Positions 1 to 11,658 of a DNA stretch of 64,000 bases are shown in pieces (the first letter of the stretch is position 1; every line of letters begins with the position of its first letter). The position numbers and the translations under genes were made by a program. Source of the DNA: Hyaloraphidium curvatum SAG 235-1. Taxonomy: Eukaryota > Fungi > Monoblepharomycota. The notes beneath the pieces are model-generated. The model worked only from the letters and a program-made list of their open reading frames with translations. It did not search any database and was not told where the DNA came from. The stretch lies in NCBI GenBank assembly GCA_025558095.1, contig JAIVFI010000024.1, positions 186,001 to 250,000 on the forward strand, in the 5' to 3' direction.

Positions 1-2
1 GC

Positions 3-3000
3 TGCTCGCTGGCCGCCAACGACGCGGCCGCGCTGACCGCGTGGGTCGCCGGGCTGTGCGACGGCAAGCAGTCCTGTTCGGGCCTGCCCGGCCAGTGGGA
101 CCTGCTCGCCGTGTTCGACGACCCGTGCGTCAACGTCGTCAAGCGCTCCGTCGTCACGTACGCGTGCCGTGACGCGACCCTGGACGCCCCCGCCATCCCG
201 GCCGCCGTGCCCACGGCGACACCCTGCGCCTGGCCAAGCCTGCAACCATCGTCGCACCCAAATGCCCCAAGTTCAGCGCCGCAACCACCTCGGCCATCAA
301 CAGCGCCTACGGCCTGCGCCAGCAGTTCAGCCCCTCGAGCGCGCCCTTTGGCAGCGTCGCGCTGTTCGTCGCCGACCTGGCCAGCACGGACCTCGACGCC
401 GCCGTGCGCTCCGTCACGGGCGGCGCCTACTCCCTCGACACCGTCTCCTCCCTAAACATCACCGCCTTCAACTTCGACCTGGGCAACACCACCGTCGTCC
501 TGGCCCGCAACAACACCGGGTTCACCACCCTGCGCATCTCGGCCTTCAACATCATCTCGGCCGGGGGCGCGCTCGACGTCCGCTCGCAGGGGCCCGACGC
601 TTCGGGACGCTTCGGCCCGGACATCACCGTGCACGCCGTGCGCACCTTTGGTCCGGTCAACATCATGCAGAACGGGCTGCCCGCGGCCTACAAGCCGGTC
701 GCCACCGGTAACCTGAACTACACCGGTAGGGTCGGCTTCCTTTCTCTCTGAGATGCCTACTCACTCTGTTTGCCTCTTCAGACTACCAGGACACTCCTGG
801 GGTCAACGACGACCTCCTCAAGCTCTTCCCCGCGGACGAGTGGGAGTGCTCCAGCGATCCCACCGCGTTCCGGCCCATCTGCTACCCCGCCGGCGCCGTG
901 ACGAGCTGCAACGGCCCCGCCAACACTCCCTTCCAGTGCTGGGCGCCCTTCACCTACTCCGACTACTTCGGGCAGTCGATCGCGAACCCGGGCCAGAACG
1001 ACGGGCTCAACGTGATCAGGATGCAGACGGACCGCTTCGTTTTCCCCGAGTTCAACACCACGCTCCCGCACCAGGCCAACGCCCCCGTGCCGGGCAAATC
1101 GGCGCTGTACGGGTCCATCGAGTCCTCGGCCCGGGCCTTCTTCGCGAGGGACGGCCGGCACGGTTCCGCTGTCGCTTCCCCCAACGCCTTCGGCATCATG
1201 GGCACCGCTGACTGTGAGCGAGACATCCGCAGCGCATGGGTGTGGCTTTCCTGACCCTTGCCCCCCCCCCCCCCCCACACAGACTCGATCAGCCTGCTCC
1301 GCAACCCCTCGACCGTCGCCTGGATCGAGAACTACTTCGGCAACTCCCCCCCCAACGGGCTCGCCGTCGAGCAGATCCTAGGCCTGTTCTGGCTCATGGG
1401 CGGCCCCGGCTCGGCTCTGTCGAAGCAGGCGCCCATGTACCTCGGCTGCGGCGGCGGCTACGAGGACCCCACGCGGTGCTGGTTCCTCAAGGCCTCGGAG
1501 TTTGCCCTCGGCAACGGCGTCGGCGGCGATTTTTTCAACCCCAACTGGCAGGGCATCTCGGGCACCGTCAGCAACAGCATCCCCGCCGCGGACCCCTCGG
1601 CCCCCGTGGACCCGATCCTCTCCCGCTTCGTCGCTGGATGCGCGGGCGAGATGGTCTCTGCCGGGCGCTTCTCTGACGCCCAGGCCTTCCTCGCCGACGC
1701 CCTCCCTGCGATCGCCGGCTCCGCCGACCCCTCCGCCAACCGCGCCTTCACCATCCTCGCCAACCTCCGCACCGCCCGCAAGGACAGCGCCGTGCGCGCG
1801 GTCCCCTTCCTCTCCGCCGCCACGCTGGAGCAGGCCGTGGAGCTGGAGCTCGGCGCCATGGCCAGCCTCGAGGGCAACCTGACTTCGCTGGCGGACCGCT
1901 CGACGACCGCCGCGGCGGCGCTCACCCTGCTGGCGGCATCCAACGCCACGATTCAGGCGGCCGTGGACTCCGCGTCGACGGAGCTGCAGGGGGACATCAA
2001 GAACGTGCAGCTGCTGCAGGTCGCCTTTGACACGATGAACTCGACCTACGCCGACCGCTACGCGGACGTCTCGGTCAAGCAGCAGGCATTCGAGGACGGC
2101 GTCAAGAAGGCCGAAACAGCCGAGATCGCCGAGATTGTCGTCGAATTTGTGCTGGACGTCGCATCGTGCATCGCCACTGAGGGCGCCAGCGCCGCGACCA
2201 TCATGGATACGGTCGAGAAGGCCGGCGGCACCGCCGCCAAAGTCTTTGCCAACCTGGAGAAGTTCGCCGCCACTCTGGCGCAGATCGGTGCCATGATCTA
2301 CAACGTCGACTCGCTCGTCAACCAGATCATCCCGATCGTCAACCAGATCGAGTCGCTCCCGAGCGCCCCCGACATCACCGTTCCCCCGGCCGCGATCGAC
2401 ATCGCCTCCGGCGGCAACACCACCATCGCCTCCCTCAGCACGGCCATGCTCAGCTTCCAGGACCTCCGCGACCAGGCCACCGTCTACCTGGGCCCCGCCA
2501 TCACCCAGAACATCGACGGCGCCTCGGACTACGCCCTCTCGCTCTCGGCGCTGGCCAACGCCGGCATCGATCTGGTCTCCCTGCAGACCCAGCTCGTCAC
2601 GGCCCAGCTCAAGATGCTGCAGTCGGCCATCAAGCTGCAGGCCGCGCAAGCCGCCCAGAGCAGCATCGGCAACCTCGTCACTGCCGCGCAGTCCTCCCAG
2701 GCCGCCCTGGTGGACGCCGCCGTCGCCGTGCAGCTGGACCTCCTTGACCGCAAGATGCTTGCACTGGACCTGCTCTACCAGGTCGGCGCCGCCTACGCCT
2801 TTGCGCGCACCGCGCCCGGCAGCCAGCCCTCCGCCATGCCCGATCCCTCGTCGCCCGTCGGCGCCTTCACCTCCGCAGTGCGCTCGGCCATCCAAGCCCT
2901 GGACAACCAGATCTCCATCTCGCAGCCCGTCTGCAACGCGAGCTGGATCGAGGAGGACCCGTACCTGATCGGCAACCTCTCGACCACCGGCATCGGGTAC

Positions 3001-3531
3001 CTGGACCTGCGCGACCCCACAAAGCCCGCGCTGGCCAACTTCTTTTCGGGCCTCGACGATGTTCACATGCTCCAGATCAACCTGAAGCCCTACGGCATCA
3101 AGTTCAACGGCACCGACATCCCCGGCCTCACCCCCGCGCTGCAGCTGGACATCGACCCGACCGGGGAGTACCGCAACACCTTCCACGCGGCCAACGCGCA
3201 GCGCTACGTCGAGAGCTTCCTGGCCACCCCCTGGAGCTTCGCCATGGTGGCCGAACCGACCAACGGCTGGCAGGTCACCACGCCCGGCAGCCTCACCACC
3301 GACGCCTCGGCCAAATACTACGTGCCTTCGGTCTACGGGAAGTACCGCGTCAGCGGCGACCCGGACATGACGGCCTCGTGGGACTGGAGCGGCGTGTGGG
3401 GCCTCCAGGTCGAGATCTGGGGCTACGCCACCAAGCCCGGCAACAACGCCGCGGCGACCGGGGGTGCGGCCAAGCTGGCGGCGTGCTCGAGCCTGTCCCG
3501 GGCCGTGCTCGCCGCCGTCACTGGCAACTGA
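3..3531 (+). CDS. Large, probably secreted protein (5' truncated by window): SUEL/Gal-lectin domain, helical coiled-coil with hydrophobic hairpin, C-terminal beta domain; possible Tc-toxin-A-like pore-forming protein
   Basis: Frame 3 from base 3 reads LCDGKQSC...FDDPCVNVVKRSVVTYAC (SUEL lectin pattern). Introns ~727-781 and ~1240-1282. Final exon lies in ORF 1258-3531 with strong GC3 bias. Frame change near 214 with no convincing intron. Confidence 0.75.
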
Positions 3532-3860
3532 AATACCCATCTGACGAAAAATGTAGACGCGATTCCCCGAATCGATACCAACATAGCTGTGTCACAACTC
3601 TTGTCTGTGCACCCGAGCCCGTCCGCCGTCCGAGATCGGAGGCGTCCTTGAGGCCCTTCTGCGACAGTCCTCTGATCGAGGATCTCGAGACGAGAGAAAG
3701 ACTCCTGGAGCCAATAGCCTCGTTCCGGTTGTTCGCACGGCGAGAGGGTGAGGCGTGGCAGGACGCGGGCGGCGCTGGCTGCGCGCGAAGACTTGTGGTC
3801 CACCACACTCCACCTCCTCCCGGCTCCCGAGGAAGGCGCCTCGGCGCCGCCACATCCAGG

Positions 3861-4905
3861 ATGCCGCGCTACTATTGCGGTACGCACTTTCCCGCCCCGC
3901 CGCGCCCGCTCCATCTAACTTCCTTCCCTGCCCCCGCTGCGCGCCTGCCTGCGTTTCAGACTACTGTGACATCTTCATGACGCACGACTCGGCGCCGGCG
4001 CGGAAGGCGCACAACGGCGGCTGGAAGCACAGGCAGTTCGTGCAGGAGTACTACTCGAGTGCGTTTCGCGCGATGCGGGGAGGGGATGGCGGGCGGGAAA
4101 CGGAGAGGGCAGTGAAACGCGCGCGGCGGGCCCGGATCGATTGAGGGAGGGCTGTTTCCCGGCCTGGGACGATGCAGCGGGGTCCTAAGATGCCGAGGAT
4201 GGAAGATGGGCGGCGCACCGCGGCAGGGTGGAAGCCGCGCAGCGCGTGGCACTTGCCCGGGTCACTGGGCGTTGTGGCCGCCGCTGGCACGGCAACGACC
4301 TTCTCGAAGCCATTCCTGCTATTCCTTCGTCCCGTTTGCCGTCGATCACCGCTTGACCGCCGCCTTTCACAGCCCTCCCCGCGACCAAGATCCAGGAAAT
4401 CATGGAGAATCTCACCTACGCCTACGCCTCGAACCCCCACGAGCTCCCCGAGTTCGCCCCTTTCATCCCCGGCCAACCGTACGGCCTCGGCGGCGTGCGC
4501 CCGCCCATGCCGCCCATGGGCATGCCGATGGGCATGCCCGGCCGGCCGTTCGCCCCGCCCGGGTTCCCGGGCGCGCCACCCGGATTTCCCGCCCCGCCGC
4601 CGGGGATGAGCCTGCCACCTGGGTTCCCGCCGCTGCCGCCGGGGATGCCGCCGCCGCCGCCGGGGATGCTGCCGCCGCCTGGGATGCCCGGGATGCCGGC
4701 GCCGCCGCCGGGAAGCGGGGCGTACCCGAGCGGGCCGCCGGGCGCGCCGCCGGGGTTCCCTGGATTCCCGCCACCGGGCATGCCGCTGAAGAGGGGGGCC
4801 GAGGACGACGGAGGTGGGCAAATCGAGTGATTTCGTTGAGGCGTCGGTTGCTGACTCGTCGTGGTTACAGACCCCGCAGCCAAAAGATTCCGCCAGGAAC
4901 CTTGA
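3861..4905 (+). CDS. SNRPC: U1 snRNP protein C (matrin-type zinc finger, Pro/Gly/Met-rich tail); 4 exons
   Basis: Spliced N-terminus [30 protein letters not shown]. Introns ~3880-3959, 4059-4372 and ~4814-4870. PPPGM repeats. Confidence 0.93.
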
Positions 4906-5208
4906 TTTTGGCGTGCTGGCGATTAAAGGGCGTGGAGAAATGGGACGGGATGCGACGCGCGGGGTGGTGGGAGACGAGTGGGACGATCGGGTGGCAGGTT
5001 CGGGACCGAGCGACGAGCCTACCTCGGAATCCGATATCTGTTTTTATGTGCATGGTCTGGAACGAGCTCAGCAGTTACCTTCAGTCATGATCGGCCTGTG
5101 AGAACGAAACTCCGTCGCTTGCGTCGATCGTGAGGGTCCTCGGTCCCACGGTCGGTTCGCGCCCGCTCATCGCGCGACACACGACAAAGACCGAAACCCG
5201 CCGCGGCC

Positions 5209-6495
5209 ATGTGGCGCCTCGCGGCCCCGCTCGTCTCGGGCGTGCGCTCGGCGTTTGCCGGCGCCACCGAGCTCGCGGCGCAGACGCGCGCGTACCCGCG
5301 GGCCGCCCGCAGCAAAGTCGACAAGCGTGGGACCGCCCGCGTCACGCGCCGGCCTGCCTAACTGCCCCGTCCCCTATCTCCGGGTTAAATCCGTGCTTAA
5401 ACGTGCCTGAACTCCGTTGGCGGAACAGCCCCGCCGGCCGAGGCCAAGCGGCTCCGCGCCGCGCTCCGCGAGCTGCCGGCCGTCAAGGCGCCGCCGTCGG
5501 CGCGCGGCTCGAGCGCCTACGGCCTGTTCGTCAAGGACAACTACGCGAATGCGCGAGCGCAGGTCGCCGGCGAGGGCAAGGCAGCCTTCGCGGCCACGAC
5601 GCGGGCGCTGGCTCAAAGGTGGAAGCAGGCGAGCGCAACGGTCAAGAAGGTTGGCGCCTTCCCGTGCGCACTCTCCCCTCTTGCCGCTCACGCCGCATTG
5701 CAGGACTACGAGTCGAAGGCCTCCGACTCGGCCGCCCGTGCCAAGCTCGCGCTCAGCAAGCACCTTGCCTCGCTTACCCCCTCGGACCACCTCGTGATGC
5801 AGAAGCGGCGCACCCTGCTCAAGAAGCTCGGCAAGAACGTGCCGAAGCACCTCGCGGTGCCCGCAGACATGCCCAAGCGCCCGCCGAACCCCGTGTTTGC
5901 CTTCATCTCGGACATGTACAAGCTCGACCGGGCGGAGCAGAGGCAGAAGCTGGGGAGGGCGCTCGAGGGAAGGCCGACGGAGCACGTCAGGTTCCTGAGG
6001 GACCAGTTCAATGCGTTGCCCGAGAGGGAGCAGGCGGTGGGATCCGAGCGCGGCCTTGCGGGTTGCATTGCTTGACCACCTCGTGGCCAGCGCTACGAGT
6101 CGGCCTACAAGGTCGGCATGGAAAAGTACAAGCGTGAGATGGCCGCGTGGAAGCAGAGCGAGGGCAAGCAGCTCGGCGATCTCAAGCGCTCGGTCGAGTC
6201 GGCCGTGCGCCGCGCGCTGAAGCCGCCCGCCCGAAAGCGCCGCGTCCGCCGTGCCGCGGCCAAGAAGAAGGGCACCAGGAAGCGGGCGACCAAGCGCAAG
6301 ACTACGACCAAGAAAAAGACCGCGGCCAAGAATAAGGCGCCCGCGAAGAAGAAGGCCCCCGCCAAGAAGCCTTCCGCCAAGAAGCCTGCGGCCAAGAAGG
6401 CGGCGGCGGCGCCCAAGGTGGGCAATTTTCTTAGCCAGCATTGCCACGCTGACTTATCGCCACAGGCCGCACCCAAGCGCCGCATGACCGTCTGA
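5209..6495 (+). CDS. HMG-box protein (TFAM/Abf2-like) with probable mitochondrial presequence and Lys/Ala-rich histone-H1-like tail
   Basis: MWRLAAPLVSGVRSAF presequence-like start. HMG-box motifs SAYGLFVKDNY and PKRPPNPVFAFISD...MEKYKREMAAW. KKAPAKK repeats. Several short introns. Confidence 0.75.
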
Positions 6496-6614
6496 TACCG
6501 CTCCCTCTCTCGTTTGCCATGTTTGGCCCGGCCGATACCTCCTTGTTTCGATGTGCAAATACAATAAATGTACGGAATTGGAGCTCTAAGAATCTACAAC
6601 GATGTCGCTCCGCC

Positions 6615-7845
6615 TCAGTGTGCAACGTAGCCGCCGTCCACTAGGTATTCACCGCCGGTGCCTGGGGGTTGTAAAGTGGTCAGGAGATGGTTGGGAGTCA
6701 CACCCGCGCATCAGACCCACAGAAGGAGCTTTCCTCGGACGCCAGGAACAGCAGGATGTTGGAGACCTCGTCGGCCGTCCCTGCAATTGCACATAGCACC
6801 GGTCAGACACGGATTTTGAGGACGGGCCGGCGGCAAGGGAGGCACACGAGCTACCCACCGAAGCGGTTCAGCGCGTGCTCCTTCGCAATCTGCTGGTAAA
6901 CCTGCGGATCGTTCAGCCAGCTGTCGGTCATTTGGCTCTCGATGAATCCCGGCTGGATAGCGGTTGAGGGTCAGACTTCAGCCGTCCCCCCGCAACGACG
7001 GCCAGCGATGCAACATACGTGCACGCTGGTGCAACGGATGCCGGTCCCCCGATCCGCGAGGTGCATCGCGACCGTCTTGGTCAGCGTCCTCACGGCGCCC
7101 TTGCTGGCCCCGTAGGCGAAGGCGTTCTTGCTCCCCACGATCCCAAGGATGGACGAGATGTTGATGATAGATTTATCGGCCTCCTTCGGCAGCTTGAGCA
7201 TGCTCCGCGTGCCGTACTTGCAGCCGAGCATGACGCCGTCGACGTTCTGGCCTCGCCGGGCAGCATGTTGGCGCCGAGGAAGACCACAGAGCGCGCCGAC
7301 CTACGATCGCGTTGCACTTGGCGAACGAAGCCATATCCAGGTCCTCGAGCGGCTGTGAGGTTCCCGTCACCCCGGCACCGTTTATCTGCGGCAAAACCTG
7401 AGCCCGTGCGCCCCGAAAGGAAGACGCGTGGTGCCCACGAGCACGGAAAGGGGCCCCAGCTCTGCTTCCGTCTTGGCGATCGCCGCATTCCATTGATCCT
7501 CCTTCGTAACGTCGAGTTCCACGAAGATAGCTTTGCTGCCGTTGCCCAGCGCCGATATCGATTTGATCACCTGGGCTGCTGCCTCGGCCTGTGCCGGGAG
7601 ATCTTCTGGACGTCGGCAGCAGCTCCCTCGCGGCCCAGAGCCCACGTACCCGCAATAACCACGTCGGCACCCTCCGCCGCGGCCCTCAAGCTGAATCTTG
7701 CTCCGATTCCGGAGGCTCCACCAGTAACTAAGACGACCTTTTTGGTCCCCGGGAAGCGCCGGCTCACGAGACGCTTCCCGACTTCGATTTCGGGGAGCTT
7801 CGTCTTGTTCTCGCCGACGGGGACGACGACGACTTCGTTCGTCAT
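6615..7845 (-). CDS. Short-chain dehydrogenase/reductase (classical SDR), multi-exon
   Basis: VVLVTGGASGIG, IINISSILG, catalytic YGASK, HPGFIES, C-terminal TGGEYLVDGG. Confidence 0.92.
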
Positions 7846-8089
7846 CGCGGAGGAAAATGCGAAACTGTAAATGCGGTGAACCCGGGGGAAACGGCGAGGC
7901 ACGCTGTCGGAGTAAATACGGTCTATCCCGCTTCCCGGCCGGTCGATCTGTCACCCAAATGGCCCGATCGCGCTGAAGTCAGCCGAAAAGTCCGAGCATG
8001 ATGAACGACGCAGTATATTTTGATCCAAACGTGAAAGATGACAAGAACCATCGAAAGCAACAAATGACCCAGAAGTCCCCCTCGGCGCC

Positions 8090-11000
8090 TCACCGACCTT
8101 TGCCACGCTTTCTCTTGGGCGACGCCCCACCATCCTCGTAAGCCGATCCCGCCGATCCCGAGCCCAGATCCTCCTCGCTGTCTGTTTCGATGACCACTCT
8201 CCGCCGCGGCTTGCGCGTCGACGTGCGCACAGGCTCAGAGTCCGAGTCCGATCCGTCGTCGCCGTCGACTTCTGGAGACTCCTGGCGCCGCTTCTTCTTG
8301 GGCGGCTTAGCGAGTGCCCCCTTCTTCGGCGTCCGCTTCGGGGGCTGAACCCTCGTGGACGGCGCAACGCCTCGGGCGGGCGCGACTCCGTCTGCGGGTG
8401 CTCCCTCCTCTGGCTCCCGGTAGAACCTGGCGCCCTCGATCGTGCGCTTTCCCTTGCGCTTCTCCTCGTTCTTCCGGCGCTCCGCCTCATCTTCGTCCCC
8501 AAAATCGAGGTCTTCCTCGAGCGAGTTGGAGGTCGCCCTTGCCCGCTTCCTCTCGGCAACCTCCTTCTGGGTAGCAATCTCCTCCTCGCGCTCGATCTGC
8601 TGCCAGCCCGCGATCCCCATCCCCTCGATCCGCTCGCGAACGACCTCGATCTCGATCTCTCCGTACGGTTCCAGCTGGTTGACCCTCACGCTGCCCCGAC
8701 CGCGGGTGGCTGCAACGAGGAGGTCGTGGAAGAGCTTCGAGGCCTCCTCCTTCCGCGTCGTCTTGGGTACGACATCCGAAAAGAACAGAGTGTCGAGAGG
8801 TTGGGCGAGCAGGATGGCGTGGAGATTGCCTCCCGCCGGGACAGGTTTAGGCTGGCTTCCGCTGGGCTCTCGCTGCGGATTCGGCGAGGGAACGATCGGG
8901 CCCAATGGCCCGTCATCGTCGCCACCCAATGAACCGCCGTCTGCAAAGTCGTCCCACGGCTGCGGCCCGTCATCAATGTCCATGCTGGCAGAATCGGCGG
9001 GGGGAAGGACCGCCTTCGGCCTCCTCTGGCTGTCCCTGCTCCGCTGACTGTCCCGGCCGCGCTGGCTCGCCTTCTGGCTATCCCTCTGGCTAGCCTGGCT
9101 CAGAATCTCTCGCACCTCGGCGGTCCGGCTCTTGATCGCCCGCAGCTGGCGCTCCTTGATCCGTCCGACGAGCTCCGTCCAAGCCGGGAAAGTGGCTTCC
9201 AATTCCCTGATAGTGTAGCCGGTCGCATCGGAAAGCCAGAACTCCGCGGGCGGATCCCAGATGGAACGAAACTCGCTTTCCTCGGCGTCACCGTGGCGCG
9301 CGGCGTCTTTCCTTAGCCCGCGCGCCGGAAGAGAAAAGTCCGTATTGGACATGGTCGGCGAAGTGTCGTTGAGCCATTCCTTCAGCTCGGCAGTGGTCAA
9401 CGAGATGCGATCATCGACCGTCATGAGCGGTCCGGTGCGCTTTGCTGGGAGCGGAGCGACGAAACCCGAGAGCCGAGGCTTCTGTTCCGACTGCTGAGCC
9501 TTCTTCTGCTCGCGCTCCAGCTTGTCCAGTTCCCTCTGGAATCTGACCAGCTCCGGCGTCCCCGGTCGGTCGTATATCCCCCGACGTTCGCGGAAGTCCT
9601 CGTCGCCCCAGCCAAAGTCGATCGCTTCGTCGTCGTCTGCCGATTGGGCTCTCTGGCGTTGCTGCAGCGGGGAGCCAGGATCCGCTAAAGGCTGTCCGTT
9701 CGGACCCCTCGACGAGCGGAGCTGGTCCCCATGCACAGTTCTGAACGGGGTTATTTGCGGTGTCGGCAGACCGGCCCGCTGCATCGCCAGCTCGACCACG
9801 TTCTTGGCTGGGGGAGCCTTCGGGGTCCGGAAGGCATCGAGCGCCGCCCTGTCCACCAGCGGAGCGCGTTGGGGGCTCGTTGCAGGCGTCGCCATGCCGT
9901 CGCGCACTTCGGTGCCGGACGCGACAATTTCCTCGGCCAAGTCGCCCGTGAGATCGAACTCGGGGCCAACATCGCCCGCTTCCGAGTCGCCGCCGTCAAT
10001 GTCCTCGGGGTGCCAGTCCATGTGAACGCCGGCCGCAGTCTCCCCGGCGAGAGACTCGTCGTCGGTGGCATATGCGAGGATCCTTCTCGGATCCAAGACC
10101 CTGCTTCCGTCCTCGGAAGGAGCATCGGGCGCATCCACAAAGGCCCCAATTGCATCGGATGAGGAACCCTTTTGCGCCCCCGCTTCCTTGGCGAGGTCAA
10201 ACGACCACCAATCGTCGCCCTCGCCGGCATCCGAACCGGCTCCGATTTGCTCCAGAAGATCCTGCGTCTGGCTCAGAGCTTCGATGAGCTTCCTTTCGGC
10301 CTCCGTGTTGGCGAGCCCAATCACGTCCTTGAGCGTGATCTCCTCGCGCCGTGCGGCAATGTGAGACTGCAGCGGGGGCTCGATGTTGAGCAGCGCCTCT
10401 CCGCCGGGAATGTTGGCCAGCCGCTCGCCCGTTATGGCGCGGCGGATGGCCGGGTCCGCCAGAAGAACGTCCAAGCCTCCAAACACGGCGGAGCCGCTCT
10501 CGGCCGTCCGCCGTTTCTTTGCAACAGGCTGCCCATCCCCGCCCTTTGGGGCATTGGCGTCCTCTCCCCGCTGGCGCTTTTCGACTTCCTCTTTCCACCC
10601 GAGAAACGCGAGCCGAAGCTTCTCAATGGCGGCGTTGCAGTCCTCAAGGAGGTAGCGCGCCGAGCGAGAGTAGAGCTTGCAAAGGCCCACAAGGAGGTGC
10701 GAGACCAGCCGAAGCGTCACCGAGACATTCGATACGGACCGCCGTGCTGTCACTGGGGCGTTCTTGCGAGATGGACCAGCTGGTGCTGGTGCTTCGGTCT
10801 GCTGGGGCCCAAAAAGTCAGTAGGAGTTCGGTGCAACCTGGGGTGCCTCCGCGCCCAAAGTCCAGAGATCTGCGACCTTCTCTAAATGTTCCATCATGTC
10901 TAAGAATCCAGATTCCTGAGTGCTCGCCGCACGGAGGTCCGAGTGCTCAATCCAGCCATGCCGCACGCGACTACAGCAGCACTCGTTCCGAGATGGCAAT

Positions 11001-11402
11001 GTGTCCACTCTCCTATCGTCCCACACCGGAAGATGTCCCAGCATCGCCCCACGCCCGCCAACACTCACATTTTCATCGGCGACACCGCCGATGACCTGTC
11101 GGACGCCATCCTCAATCCGAGCCCCGAGCACATCCTCCTTGGTCAGCCGTTTCTCGTAGTGGGCCGCAATCCAGACTTTTGAGAGCGCTCCGCTCTTGGA
11201 GAGGATCGAGTCGGTGGTGAAGCCCTGTTTAGCCGGGCCGGGAGGAGTCCGAGTTGACAAGTGCGCAGGCCGGGGTGGCAGGTCGCCGAAGTGCCCGGCG
11301 CAGGCCATGTGCATGCCGGCGGCAGCCACAAAAGCAGTGCAGAGGAGTGCGTATCGTCAGACTCCGCGTTCCCGGCGCTCCGGGAGGCGAAAGACGCACC
11401 AT
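8090..11402 (-). CDS. Rad21/Rec8-family cohesin kleisin with C-terminal extension
   Basis: N-terminal ILSKSGALSKVWIAAH and TLRLVSHLLVGLCKLYSRSARYLLEDC. Winged-helix ASKLFHDLLV...QLEPYGEIEI. Start inferred as a lone ATG exon at 11400-11402 (uncertain). Confidence 0.85.
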
Positions 11403-11658
11403 GCTCGAGCCGGGCGTTCTGTGTTTGGACCCGCCGCCCTATCCCAGGCGTGCGGGCAGGGGCCGCCGCACCGGCCTGACCGGTTTGCTTGGTGTGCAAC
11501 CAGTCGCGATGGCTGGGAGAACTGGTCGTCGGCGGCTCTGGAGAGACGGGGCAGCTATTGGGAGGTGGAGCTTTCGAGGGTCGTTGGTCCCAGTTCACTC
11601 TCAACCGAGGAGACGGTCTGATCTTCAAGACCAAAGTGCATTGCGTCTATTTACAAGA

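Noticed and set aside
1261-1276. Poly-C tract
   Set aside because: A simple homopolymer inside a normal intron.
1378-3540. 720-aa minus-strand ORF and similar long shadow ORFs (e.g. 12199-14382 +, 61117-62490 +)
   Set aside because: Antisense shadows of GC3-biased real genes; no motifs.
4490-4790. Repetitive CCG-rich DNA (also 6240-6420 and 53330-53362)
   Set aside because: Low-complexity coding sequence, not a CRISPR array or satellite; no CRISPR or rRNA was seen in the window.
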